The position numbers and the translations under genes were made by a program. The notes beneath the pieces are model-generated. The model was not told the DNA's origin, made no database searches, and was given only the letters and a program-made list of their open reading frames with translations. Positions 39,618 to 50,100 of a stretch of 64,000 nt of DNA are shown piece after piece. Positions within the stretch are counted from its first letter, which is position 1. Each line of letters starts with the position of its first letter. The DNA is from Bacteroidales bacterium. Lineage in GTDB: Bacteria; Bacteroidota; Bacteroidia; Bacteroidales; UBA1715. The DNA lies in NCBI GenBank assembly GCA_012519815.1, contig JAAYPM010000112.1, positions 2,330-66,329 of the forward strand, read 5' to 3'.

Positions 39618-42600
39618 TCAGCAATTGCACGTTCAGCATTCAAATCAAATGCCGAAAGAATTACAATAGAAACATTTTTATTATGGCGTAAAATTTCTTT
39701 GCTTGCTTCAAAACCGTCCATAACGGGCATTTTAATATCCATAAATATAAGTTGAATAGTAGGGTTTTTTAGAAACAATTCAACAGCCTCTTTTCCTGTA
39801 TGTGCACGTATAACGTGTATGTGAGCAAAAGCAAGAAGAGTTTGTATATATAAAAAATTTATATCATCATCTTCGGCAACCAACACTGTGTGTTCATCTT
39901 GTGTAGCAATTTGAGTGTCTTTTGTTGCTGTTTTTGTTTCTGTGAATGTGTAAGGAATAGTAAAATAAAATGTTGAACCTTCCCCTTCTGTTGATTCAAC
40001 CCACATTGTTCCACCTAAAAGAGAAGCAATTTTATATGAAATTGCCAAGCCTAAACCTGTGCCTCCATATTGCTTTGTTTGTGCATCTGTAATCTGCTGA
40101 AAACGTTCAAAAATAGCACTTTGATATTTTTGTGGTATTCCAATACCTGTATCTTTTACAAAAAATACAATGTGCTTATTTTCCAATACATATCCCACTT
40201 CAATAGAGCCAGAATCGGTAAATTTAATGGCATTACTCATTAAATTTAAAACAATTTGTTTTATGCGAGTTTTGTCAGATATAATTGAAGCTTCAGTGTT
40301 TTTTAATCCATGAGAAATACGTAGTTGCAAATTTTTTTCTTGTATTTGAGGAGCAAAAAAATCGGTAGTTTCTTGAATGAGTTCATGTATATTTACTGTT
40401 TCTGAATGAATATACAATGTATTGCTTTCAATTCGGGATATATCTAAAATATCATTTACAACTACCAATAATTGTTTACTGCTGCTAATTACTATGTCAG
40501 CATATTTTTTGCGTAATTCAAAACTCAAATAGGGGTCTTTTAAAAATTCGGCAAAGCCAACTATACCGTTCATTGGAGTGCGGATTTCATGGCTGATATT
40601 TGCTAAGAAAACCGATTTTAATCTATCACTTTCTTCTGCTTTTTCTTTTGCTGACACAAGGTCTTCGAGCAATAATTTTTTTTCAGTTACATCTTCATTA
40701 ATAGCAACAAAATGAGTTATTTCTCCTTCGGCGTTAATAATAGGGGTAATTAAACCTTTTTCCCAATACAGTTCGCCTGTTTTTTTTATGGTTTGAAATT
40801 CGCCTTCCCAATCGTTTCCTGAAGTAACCGTTTCCCAAATATTTTTATAAAATGCTTCTGATTGTGTTTCTACCTTAAAAAAAGAAGGTTTTGTTCCGAG
40901 TACCTCATCAATTGTATAGCCACTTATTTCACAAAATTTTGCATTTACATATTCTATATCTCCATTATTATTTGTAATAATAGTACTTACCGGACTTTGC
41001 TCAATAGCTTTACTTTGTAAAATAGTTTGTTTAAGTGCTTCTTTTTTGTCGGTTACATCATGCACAATAGAATGTGTATATACCGTTCCTTTTATTTCAA
41101 TAGGACTGCTATATACTTCTACATCACGAATTGTTCCATCTGCTTTTCGGTGCTGAAAATCAAAAAAAGTGAGGTTTTTATCTTGTGCTTCAACAACTTT
41201 TTCCACAATTTTGTCATACGAAAGTGTATCAACTTCGGTGATTTTCATTTTTAAAAACTGTGCTTTATCCCACCCGTAATAATCAACAGCAGCTTTATTT
41301 ACATTAATAATATCGCCGCTCATAGGTTCAACAAGAAATTGAATAGCGGTATGGTCTTCAAATTGTTTTCTATATATTTCTTCGCTTTCTAAAAGTGCTA
41401 ATTCTGTTTGTTTCCGTTCAGATATATCTTCTATATATCCTTCAATAGCAATTATGTTTCCATGTTTATCAAATACACCATTTCCACGTTCCCATACCCA
41501 TTTTATGGTTTCGTTTTTACACACAATTCTGTATTCAAGCAAAAAGCTCTCTTTATTTTTAATAGCAGTTTTAATTACTTTATTTACATATTCAGCATCA
41601 TCTTTATGGGTAATTGAATTGTATGTTACTGATTTACTTATAAAATCAAAAGGAGTATATCCAGTTAGTTCGGTAACCCCAGAACTAACAAATTCCATAT
41701 GCCAATTTTCATCATACGTACCATGATAAAACATTCCCGGCAAATTAGAAAACAGCGACTCTAATTTACGATTGCTTTCTTCGAGTTCTTGTAATATTTG
41801 TCGTTCTTTAGTTTGATTATGAATCACAAATACAAGTCCGGTAATTACAGAATTATTGTCTCTAATAGGAGCAATACTTTCGTTTATAGGAATACTTTGT
41901 TGTTGATGTGTGCGCAGTTGAGCATGATATAGTGTGTGTTTTTTTCCTGTTGTTATTACATGTTGTATAATTTCGGAATGTGTGCTATTATTTTGTTCTT
42001 GTGTTATCGTAAATAAATCATCAATATATTTATGCTTAGCCTTTGCTTCAGTACAACCTATTAATTCTTCGGCTATACCATTCACATTTTGTACTATACC
42101 TAATTCATTTGTTACAATTACAGCATCGCCAATACTATACAACATAGTTTTATATTGTTCTTGTAGCATATACATTTTTTTATACATGCTTTGCTTTTTA
42201 TTTGACTTTTGCAGCAAAAACACAAACACAAAAAGCAACACCACAACAATGAAAAGAACAATTATATATATTTGAGATTCAATTTGTTGGGCATAAAATT
42301 CATCGGCAGGTAAAATAGTATATATATAAAGATTTGTATGCTTTATATTATGTACCACAAATAAATCTTGTTTTTTAAATAATGAGTTTTTTTGAGAAAC
42401 TTGCCCTGTATATAAATTGTTTTTTTTAATAGAATCAAGTACGCTATACGACATAAAAAAGGAATCATGCGAATAGCGTTCGATTTTATGTGTTGCATAA
42501 TTATAGTGTACTAAAGAAGAATTTGCTTGAAAAAATATATTTGTGAATGTACTTCGAGATACATCTGTAAGTGTTTTTTGTGCAAGTGTTTTTTTGATTG

Positions 42601-43129
42601 TTTGAGAAACAGCATGTTGAAAAACCAAAAAACCTAATCGTTCATCTGCTTCGGAAAATAAAGGCACCACAAAATCAACTACTATAAGTGAGTCTGTATT
42701 ATAGTATATATCAGAAACATGTACGGTTTGTTTCGAAATAGTTTCATATTTTACATCATAGTTAAATTGCAATTTTGCTATTCTTTCTGATTCTGAAGAA
42801 AAAGAAGAGTCTATAAAAAAGATACTTGCAATATCATGTTCTTCGGCTATAAGAGAAAGGAATTTTTTTATTTGTACATAATTTTTCTCAGAAAAATATT
42901 GAGAAACAAATGTTTGTATATATGGATTCTGAGCCAGTAACTTAGCATCGGCAATTTCATCCATATACCAATCAGATATTTGCTTCGATTTTAATGAATT
43001 AACAGCCGAAATATATGAATACGTGTTTGATTTAAATGCAGCATTTTGATGTTGAATATATACCCAAACACCTCCACATAAAAGTAGAAAAACAGCAATA
43101 AATATGAATGTTGTTTTATTACGAAACAT
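39533..43129 (-). CDS. Hybrid sensor histidine kinase/response regulator with a periplasmic sensor domain and multiple PAS domains
   Basis: 1198 aa. Two TM segments flank a ~260-aa periplasmic region, followed by about four PAS/PAC units, the H-box ANISHEIRTPMNGI, an HATPase (GGTGLGLAISYKI) and a C-terminal receiver (LIFMDIKMPVMDG). No DNA-binding output domain. Confidence 0.9.
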   Translation of the reverse strand: MFRNKTTFIFIAVFLLLCGGVWVYIQHQNAAFKSNTYSYISAVNSLKSKQISDWYMDEIADAKLLAQNPYIQTFVSQYFSEKNYVQIKKFLSLIAEEHDIASIFFIDSSFSSESERIAKLQFNYDVKYETISKQTVHVSDIYYNTDSLIVVDFVVPLFSEADERLGFLVFQHAVSQTIKKTLAQKTLTDVSRSTFTNIFFQANSSLVHYNYATHKIERYSHDSFFMSYSVLDSIKKNNLYTGQVSQKNSLFKKQDLFVVHNIKHTNLYIYTILPADEFYAQQIESQIYIIVLFIVVVLLFVFVFLLQKSNKKQSMYKKMYMLQEQYKTMLYSIGDAVIVTNELGIVQNVNGIAEELIGCTEAKAKHKYIDDLFTITQEQNNSTHSEIIQHVITTGKKHTLYHAQLRTHQQQSIPINESIAPIRDNNSVITGLVFVIHNQTKERQILQELEESNRKLESLFSNLPGMFYHGTYDENWHMEFVSSGVTELTGYTPFDFISKSVTYNSITHKDDAEYVNKVIKTAIKNKESFLLEYRIVCKNETIKWVWERGNGVFDKHGNIIAIEGYIEDISERKQTELALLESEEIYRKQFEDHTAIQFLVEPMSGDIINVNKAAVDYYGWDKAQFLKMKITEVDTLSYDKIVEKVVEAQDKNLTFFDFQHRKADGTIRDVEVYSSPIEIKGTVYTHSIVHDVTDKKEALKQTILQSKAIEQSPVSTIITNNNGDIEYVNAKFCEISGYTIDEVLGTKPSFFKVETQSEAFYKNIWETVTSGNDWEGEFQTIKKTGELYWEKGLITPIINAEGEITHFVAINEDVTEKKLLLEDLVSAKEKAEESDRLKSVFLANISHEIRTPMNGIVGFAEFLKDPYLSFELRKKYADIVISSSKQLLVVVNDILDISRIESNTLYIHSETVNIHELIQETTDFFAPQIQEKNLQLRISHGLKNTEASIISDKTRIKQIVLNLMSNAIKFTDSGSIEVGYVLENKHIVFFVKDTGIGIPQKYQSAIFERFQQITDAQTKQYGGTGLGLAISYKIASLLGGTMWVESTEGEGSTFYFTIPYTFTETKTATKDTQIATQDEHTVLVAEDDDINFLYIQTLLAFAHIHVIRAHTGKEAVELFLKNPTIQLIFMDIKMPVMDGFEASKEILRHNKNVSIVILSAFDLNAERAIAEDIGCYDYIAKPIKKDKIIEILSTFSLL

Positions 43130-43305
43130 TATTAAAATATATGCATAAATTATTTAAATAGTTTCAAATATATTATAAAGTACCGAAAAAACAACTATAT
43201 TTACGAGAGATTTATATGTGTAAATTTACTTGAATTTTATATTTATTTTGTTTCTAAAAAAAAAACAATTATTTTTAAACAAAAATAGGGTATTCAATAC
43301 AAAAT

Positions 43306-46300
43306 ATGAGAGTAATTAGTCTACTACTTTGTTTAAGTATAGGGAGTGTTGCTGTGTCGCAGGTATATTACCATACTGATTTTGAAACAAATCCTGTAGG
43401 AACTTCCTACGAACGAGCTGTGTGGGCTGCAGATGGATTTAATCCTGACACATGGGATAATGGCTTGGGAACACGCACTTATCTTGATAATTCTACATCG
43501 GTTTCGGGAACAAAATCTTTGCGTGTAACATATCCTGCCGGAGAATTTGGTACTGGTCCAAATGGCACGCAAATTCCTTTATTATTTGCTCCACAAAACG
43601 AAGTGTATATGTCGTATTGGCTTAAATTTTCTGATAATTTTAGCTGGGGAACTACAAGCGAAGGCGGAAAATTACCCGGTTTAGCGGGCGGACAACGATG
43701 CAGTGGGTGTGCCACATGCACTGGTTCTAATGGGTTTTCAGCACGGCTCATGTGGCGACCGGGAGGGCAGGCTGTCCTTTATTTATATCATATGGATAAA
43801 GTAAATGCCTGTGGCGATAATCTTAATTTAGTATATCCTTCAGGCAATAATGTTATTTTTAATAAAGGTGAATGGTATCATATAATGCAGCGTGTCCGAG
43901 TTAATTCTAACGGAAGTACTGCCGATGGCGAAGTAGAAGTTTGGGTAAACGGACAACAAGTGTTGCTCACAACAGGATATAGATTTACTTCAAATGGCGA
44001 TAAGGTAGATAATTTATATTTTTCTACATTCCATGGCGGTTCAGATGCTTCTTGGGCTCCAACCGAAACGTGTTATACATGGTTTGATGATGTGAAAATA
44101 TCATCGAATCCAGAAGATGTGAAATATAAAAAATGTATAGGTCCAGATTTAGGTCCAAATACAAGTTTATGCGGAGTTTCTTCGGTTGAATTGAACGCAC
44201 ATGTGAGCGAAACAAATGCAACATTTCAATGGATTAAAGATAATGTTACACTTGGAACATCTGCAAATCTTACTGTAACAACGCCCGGAACGTATGTGCT
44301 TATATATGATAGCCTTGGCTGCATACAACGTGATACAATTATAGTTTCATTGTATTTACAACCAAATCTGGGTGCAGATAAGGAAATATGTAACACTTCG
44401 TTCGAAATGCTTGACGCACAGGATTCGGGCGTTGGATATACGTATATATGGGAAAAAGATGGCGCGGTGATTTTAGGTGCTACTAACCGAACATATTCGG
44501 CTTTTCAAGCAGGGAAATATGGTGTGACTGTTTCTGCCCCAGGCTGTGCCGATGCGTATGATGAAATTACTCTTACTTCTGGCTTATTACATGTACCAAA
44601 TGTTAGTGGAAACGAAGGGCAAAGTGTAACAATTACCGTACAAGAAACAGGCGAGAATTATGGTTGGTTTTTAGCTCCCGAAGGAGGTAGCACGCTTGCA
44701 AGTTCGTCATCATATACTACAACAATTGGAGCTGCTAATTCATTTTTATATGTACAAGATTTAGGTGGATTTACAGGGCTTGTTGGTAAAAAAAATGCAG
44801 CTATTACATATACCGATAATCGTTTTGACCGTAGAATGAAATTTGAAGTGTTTCGAAATTTGAGCATTGATTCAATAACTATTTATGTAGTTGCACAACA
44901 AAATGTTACAATTAACATTTTAGATGAGAATCAAGCAAATATTTTATTTACAAAAACGTGGACAAATGTACCGGCAGGGGAGCAACGAATTGCATTACAT
45001 GCTCAACTCACTGCGGGAACATATTATATGGACGCAATGGGTTCAACCGGAAGTCTCCGTCATTCATACGAAGCTGATACGGATATTTCTTTTCCCTATA
45101 CAATAGATGGACTGATTTCTATTCTTGGTTCAAATCTCGCATGGATAGATGATAAACCGTATTATTTGTTTTTTTATAATTGGCGTGTTTCTGCCGGAAA
45201 TACCTGTGCCCGAACACCTGTATTGCTCGAAAAAATAGAAACACCTGTGGGTTATGAATATGAAGCAGAAGATGCAACACTCACGAATATGACTGTTGTA
45301 ACAACGCCTGCAGGATATTCAGGAACAGGAGCTGCCAAAATGGACGACACGGGAAGTGTATCGTTTGTGGTTTCGCTGCCTGAATCAGGTTCGTACAATG
45401 CAGTGCTTCGTGTTGCTACTCCAAATGGAAATAAAGACCAAGATTTATATGTGAATGGGGCATTTTATTCAACGTTAAAGTTTCCTGCACATGCAAATTA
45501 TTTTGATTTTTCAATGGGAACGTTATTTTTACAAGGTGGAACAAATACTATTGAAATTCGTGCAAATTGGGGTTGGATGACGTTTGATAAACTTACTCTT
45601 TCAAAAGCAGAACCTATTGATTATACAACGGTAACAGAGAATCTTATAGATACTCTCGCAAATGCTAAAACGGTGCATCTATATAAGTATCTTACATCTG
45701 AATATGGTTCAAATATAATTTCGGGACAAACTGCCTATTGGAATGAACTTATTGCACTTAGTTCAAAAAGTCCTGTTGTGCGATGTTTTGATTTTCAGTC
45801 ATATACGCAAGGATATTCATATGTGTGGGATAATGCAACTAATGGACATACGTTTGGCTGGTTTGATAATGGAGCTACACAAGAAGCTATTGATTGGTAT
45901 AACGAAACACATGGAAAGGGAATTGTGAGTTTTCAATGGCATTGGCATTCTCCTAATGGCGGTACGGCGGGTACAAATACATTTTATACTAATTCTACTA
46001 CATTTAATGCTTCTCTTTCGGTTATTCCTGGAACAACGGAATATACTAATATAATTAAAGATATTGATTCCATCGCATCGCAACTTAAACGCCTTGATAA
46101 TGCGGGTATTCCAGTGCTATGGCGACCGCTGCACGAGGCTGGTGGAGCTTGGTTTTGGTGGGGTGCTCAAGGGGCGGCAGTATGCTTGCAATTATATGAT
46201 ATTTTATACGATAGACTAACAAATTATCATAATTTACATAATCTTATCTGGGTGTGGTCAACTCCCGAAGAGGATTGGTATCCGGGAAATGCAAAGGTTG

Positions 46301-47061
46301 ATATTATTGGATATGATTCGTATCCGGGTGCGTATAATTATGCAACACAAAAAACAATATTTGACCAACTATATGCAATTGTTGAAGGAGAAAAAATGAT
46401 TGCAATGACAGAAAATGGACCTATTCCCAATATTGATGATTGTATTGAACAGGATGCTATGTGGCTCTATTTTTCGTCGTGGAGCGATTTGGTTGCCGAA
46501 CAAAATACTCCCGAACATATTCAAACTGTGTTTGCTCATAAAAATGTAATTACTCTTGATGATGTAATACATAAAACTACACAAACGATATCTCTTGAAC
46601 AAGGTTGGAATTTGATTTCGATTTCGGTTTCGGTACAATGCGTTGACAATAATTTAAATGCAGATTCGTGTAAAATTTCAACAATCTTTGAAAATTGTGA
46701 TGTGGAGGTTGTGAAAAACACTGAAGGTTTTTGGAAAGCAAATCAAGCAGATAAATTAAATTCATTACACAGTTTGGAACCAAACAAAGGGTATTTAGTG
46801 TATATGAATACAAACGCTACAATAGAAATTACAGGAATTGTATCTATGCAATCAGTATCTACATTACCGCTGCAAAACGGCTGGAATATGATAGGATACC
46901 CTTGTGCAGAGGAATCGTTGCAACCTATAATTATTTCTGATTATTTTAATGCAACAAATTGTAAAACTATAAAAAATTTTAATGGATTTTGGGAGCCAAA
47001 TAATTCAATGAATAGTATTCAAAAATTATATGCGGGCGAAGGATACTTTTTATATAAATAA
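43306..47061 (+). CDS. Secreted multidomain CAZyme: PL14-like lyase fold, 3 Ig-like domains, an unassigned beta-sandwich-like module, CBM6/35-like module, GH26 mannanase-like domain and an unassigned C-terminal tandem module
   Basis: 1251 aa with a signal peptide. PL14-like: GGKLPGLAGGQRCSGC...GFSARLMWRPGGQAVLYLY (aa ~20-267). CBM: YEAEDATL...GYSGTGAA...YNAVLRVA...LYVNG (aa ~648-765). GH26: WRPLHEAGGAWFWWG, IIGYDSYP, AMTENG (aa ~775-1085). Confidence 0.75.
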   Translation: MRVISLLLCLSIGSVAVSQVYYHTDFETNPVGTSYERAVWAADGFNPDTWDNGLGTRTYLDNSTSVSGTKSLRVTYPAGEFGTGPNGTQIPLLFAPQNEVYMSYWLKFSDNFSWGTTSEGGKLPGLAGGQRCSGCATCTGSNGFSARLMWRPGGQAVLYLYHMDKVNACGDNLNLVYPSGNNVIFNKGEWYHIMQRVRVNSNGSTADGEVEVWVNGQQVLLTTGYRFTSNGDKVDNLYFSTFHGGSDASWAPTETCYTWFDDVKISSNPEDVKYKKCIGPDLGPNTSLCGVSSVELNAHVSETNATFQWIKDNVTLGTSANLTVTTPGTYVLIYDSLGCIQRDTIIVSLYLQPNLGADKEICNTSFEMLDAQDSGVGYTYIWEKDGAVILGATNRTYSAFQAGKYGVTVSAPGCADAYDEITLTSGLLHVPNVSGNEGQSVTITVQETGENYGWFLAPEGGSTLASSSSYTTTIGAANSFLYVQDLGGFTGLVGKKNAAITYTDNRFDRRMKFEVFRNLSIDSITIYVVAQQNVTINILDENQANILFTKTWTNVPAGEQRIALHAQLTAGTYYMDAMGSTGSLRHSYEADTDISFPYTIDGLISILGSNLAWIDDKPYYLFFYNWRVSAGNTCARTPVLLEKIETPVGYEYEAEDATLTNMTVVTTPAGYSGTGAAKMDDTGSVSFVVSLPESGSYNAVLRVATPNGNKDQDLYVNGAFYSTLKFPAHANYFDFSMGTLFLQGGTNTIEIRANWGWMTFDKLTLSKAEPIDYTTVTENLIDTLANAKTVHLYKYLTSEYGSNIISGQTAYWNELIALSSKSPVVRCFDFQSYTQGYSYVWDNATNGHTFGWFDNGATQEAIDWYNETHGKGIVSFQWHWHSPNGGTAGTNTFYTNSTTFNASLSVIPGTTEYTNIIKDIDSIASQLKRLDNAGIPVLWRPLHEAGGAWFWWGAQGAAVCLQLYDILYDRLTNYHNLHNLIWVWSTPEEDWYPGNAKVDIIGYDSYPGAYNYATQKTIFDQLYAIVEGEKMIAMTENGPIPNIDDCIEQDAMWLYFSSWSDLVAEQNTPEHIQTVFAHKNVITLDDVIHKTTQTISLEQGWNLISISVSVQCVDNNLNADSCKISTIFENCDVEVVKNTEGFWKANQADKLNSLHSLEPNKGYLVYMNTNATIEITGIVSMQSVSTLPLQNGWNMIGYPCAEESLQPIIISDYFNATNCKTIKNFNGFWEPNNSMNSIQKLYAGEGYFLYK
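46579..47058 (+). other. Unassigned C-terminal tandem module (two ~65-80-aa repeats), copy in the first CAZyme
   Basis: Repeat 1: LEQGWNLIS...VVKNTEGFWK...LEPNKGYLVYMN. Repeat 2: LQNGWNMIGYPC...TIKNFNGFWE...AGEGYFLYK (end of protein). About 50% identical to 50584-51033. Confidence 0.7.
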
Positions 47062-47130
47062 AATTCCTTTTAGGGAAAATACATGTTTATTTGTCATTTG
47101 ATATACAATGTTTAAATTTAATTCTTACGT

Positions 47131-50100
47131 ATGAAAACAAAACAATCGTTGCTTTTTTTAGTGCTAATGTGCGTAACATTTATTTCACATGCAACAAAAT
47201 TAGTTGAGGTAAAAGTGCTTGATAAAGACTATATTATGCTTTATTTTTTAGATGGAGAAGTGGTGTTCCCCGAAAATGTTGCACAATTAGGATCGCGTTT
47301 ATATACAAGTTCTACACATGCAAACGATAATGAACTTATAACATACGGTACAGCATTAAATACAACAAATGCAGCAGCTACTACTAATTGGAGAATAAAA
47401 TCTAATGATGATAGTAATTTTGGTACTGTAGGTAAAACTCCTTTAAATGTATATCGAAAATCAAAACTTTCTGGAATGTCGCAAGAAAATTGGAACACCG
47501 GAACCAATGATTATAATTACGACTGGGCATATGAACATGTTGTTTTTCTTCGTCTTCCAAATTCTATGCAACAGGGTAAAACCTATACTGTCGAAATAAA
47601 TGCAAATACAAATTCTGATATAACATCAAAAACATTTGTATATGATATTTTTTCATCAAAATCAGAAGCTGTTCGGGTTAATATTGCGGGATATCTTTCA
47701 AATGAAAGTATTAAATCTGCCGATGTGTATATGTGGATGGGAGACGGTGGGGCACGTGATTATGCAGCGTTTGAAGGCAACGATGTTTTTATCTATGATG
47801 TACATGCTAAAACAAGTCAAAAAGTTGGAAATGTAAGTTTTTGGAAAGCAAGTGCTGGAGAAACTACGCATGGTCATCAAATGATTCGTAGCAATGTTTG
47901 GAATGCCGATTTTACTGGCTTTTTTACACCCGGAACATATCGTCTTGCAGTTGAGGGAATTGGATGTAGCGAGGAGTTTGAAATTAAAGCCGATGCATAT
48001 TCCGACCCATTTCGTATTAGTACGCTTGGATTTTTTTATATGCGTATTGGTCAAGATAATCTTGATATGACTCCTGTACCACGCCGCCCTTTATATATAC
48101 CTGGGGTTTCTCCTGCAAATACTGTTGTGTATATAACAACAATGCACCCATATCATGCAAATTGGGATAATTTGTGTGGTGGCGATAAGTGGGATTGTAA
48201 AGATGAATGGGCAGCATATTCCACAGGAAGAACAAATCCAAATGCATATGGTGGGCATAGTGATGCTCTTGATTGGGATAGACATTTAGGACATGTGAGT
48301 ATTATTTATGACTTATTGCTTCCCTATTTTTTAAGTGATGGTGCTCTTTCTGACGATGATATGGGAATTGCTGAAAGTGGAAACGGTATTCCTGATGTGT
48401 TAGATGAGGCTCGTAACGAAGTGGATTTTTGGTTGCGTTTACGAGACGGAAAAGGATACAGTCATGGACTTAATAATCCAAATAACTCAAATGTATTATA
48501 TCAAGGTGGAAATACTGCGGTAGCGGCATGGGCAAATGCGGCAAATGCAAGTATGTTGGCAAACTGTTTCCAAATAGCAGGAAATACTACACTCTTTGAA
48601 ACATATCGCGATAGTGCTATAAATGCCTACACGTATGCAAGCGGACTTACTGACCAAATGCTAAACAAGACACAAGGTATTGGTGCTGGAGATATACGAG
48701 GACGAGATTTAAAAGCTACGGCTGCTGCGTTTCTTTATAATATTACTGGGAATACAACATACGAAAATGACTTGAATTCCTTGAGTAGTTGTACTTCAAC
48801 AACTTCAACAATACAAAGTGGCTCGCAAAATCAATTATATGCAGTTGCAGCATATTTATTTACTAAACAAACAGTAAATTATCCTACTTTATATAATAAT
48901 ATGAAAGCTTCGCTTATTGCAGAAGCAAAAAATTATGAGGCAAATTACTCCACTGTCCGTCCTTCACGACGAGCAACTGATAATGCACAAGGTTGGTTTG
49001 TTACCGAAATGGTTATTCAACGCACAATTATTGCTCATGCTATTTCTGAAGCGGGAGCTAATAAAACCTTATTTGAAAATGCTCTTATTCTTGAAGCAGA
49101 TTGGACACTCGGACGGAATCCTTTAAATATGATTCAAATGACAACTGCAACAACTAATTTAGCACATAAAAAAAGTGTGCCTAATGCCTATACAAGCGGT
49201 TGGAATGATGGTACTCCGGGCGTGCACCCCGGACATACTCCTTATATGAATATTGATAATTGGGGCGGCGGAATGGTAATGGGAAATCCAACATGGATGA
49301 CTGATAAAAATTATCCTTCTACTAAAGATTATTGGCCTTATGGCGAAATGTATTATAATACACGATATGTGTATGCAGCAAACGAATTTACACCACAGCA
49401 AACTATGCGTGGAAAACAAGCCTTATATGGTTATTTACACGCAATTAGCCCTGCAGCACAACAAGGCTGTGCAACGCCAATACTTACAGCTCCTACTTCA
49501 ATTTGTGGACTTACATCGGCAGTGTTAGAAACAGGGCTAACTCCGGGAGGGAAAACTATTACATGGTACAAAGATGATGTGATTATTCCCGGACAAACAA
49601 ATACTACACTCACAATTACCGAAGGTGGAGTGTATAAAGTAAAGGTAGATAGTCTTGGCTGTGTAAAAACGGCTCAAAAATCAATTGCTTCGCATATAAA
49701 TGTACAATTAGGTGATAATAAAAATTTATGTGCCGAAACAGAATTTGTGCTTGATGCTGGTAATGCAACAATACCAAATGTAACGTATCAATGGAGCACA
49801 GGAGCTACTACTCAAACTATAACGGTTACAAAACCAGGAACTTATAGTGTAACTGTTACTGCCGCAAATTGTCCAAATGCGTCTGATCAAATTACTATAA
49901 CCTCTCAATTACTTAATGTAATTGGCGATACTATTTGCGAAGCTGGAACTGCAACATTGCAAATACTTGGCACTGAAAATTATGCATGGTTTACAAATGC
50001 AACAGGAGGTGTGGCTGTAGAAATAGGCAACACATTTACTCCTATAGTGAGTGAAACAACTACATTTTATGCCGCAGAGTCGGGCGGATTTAGTGCAAAT

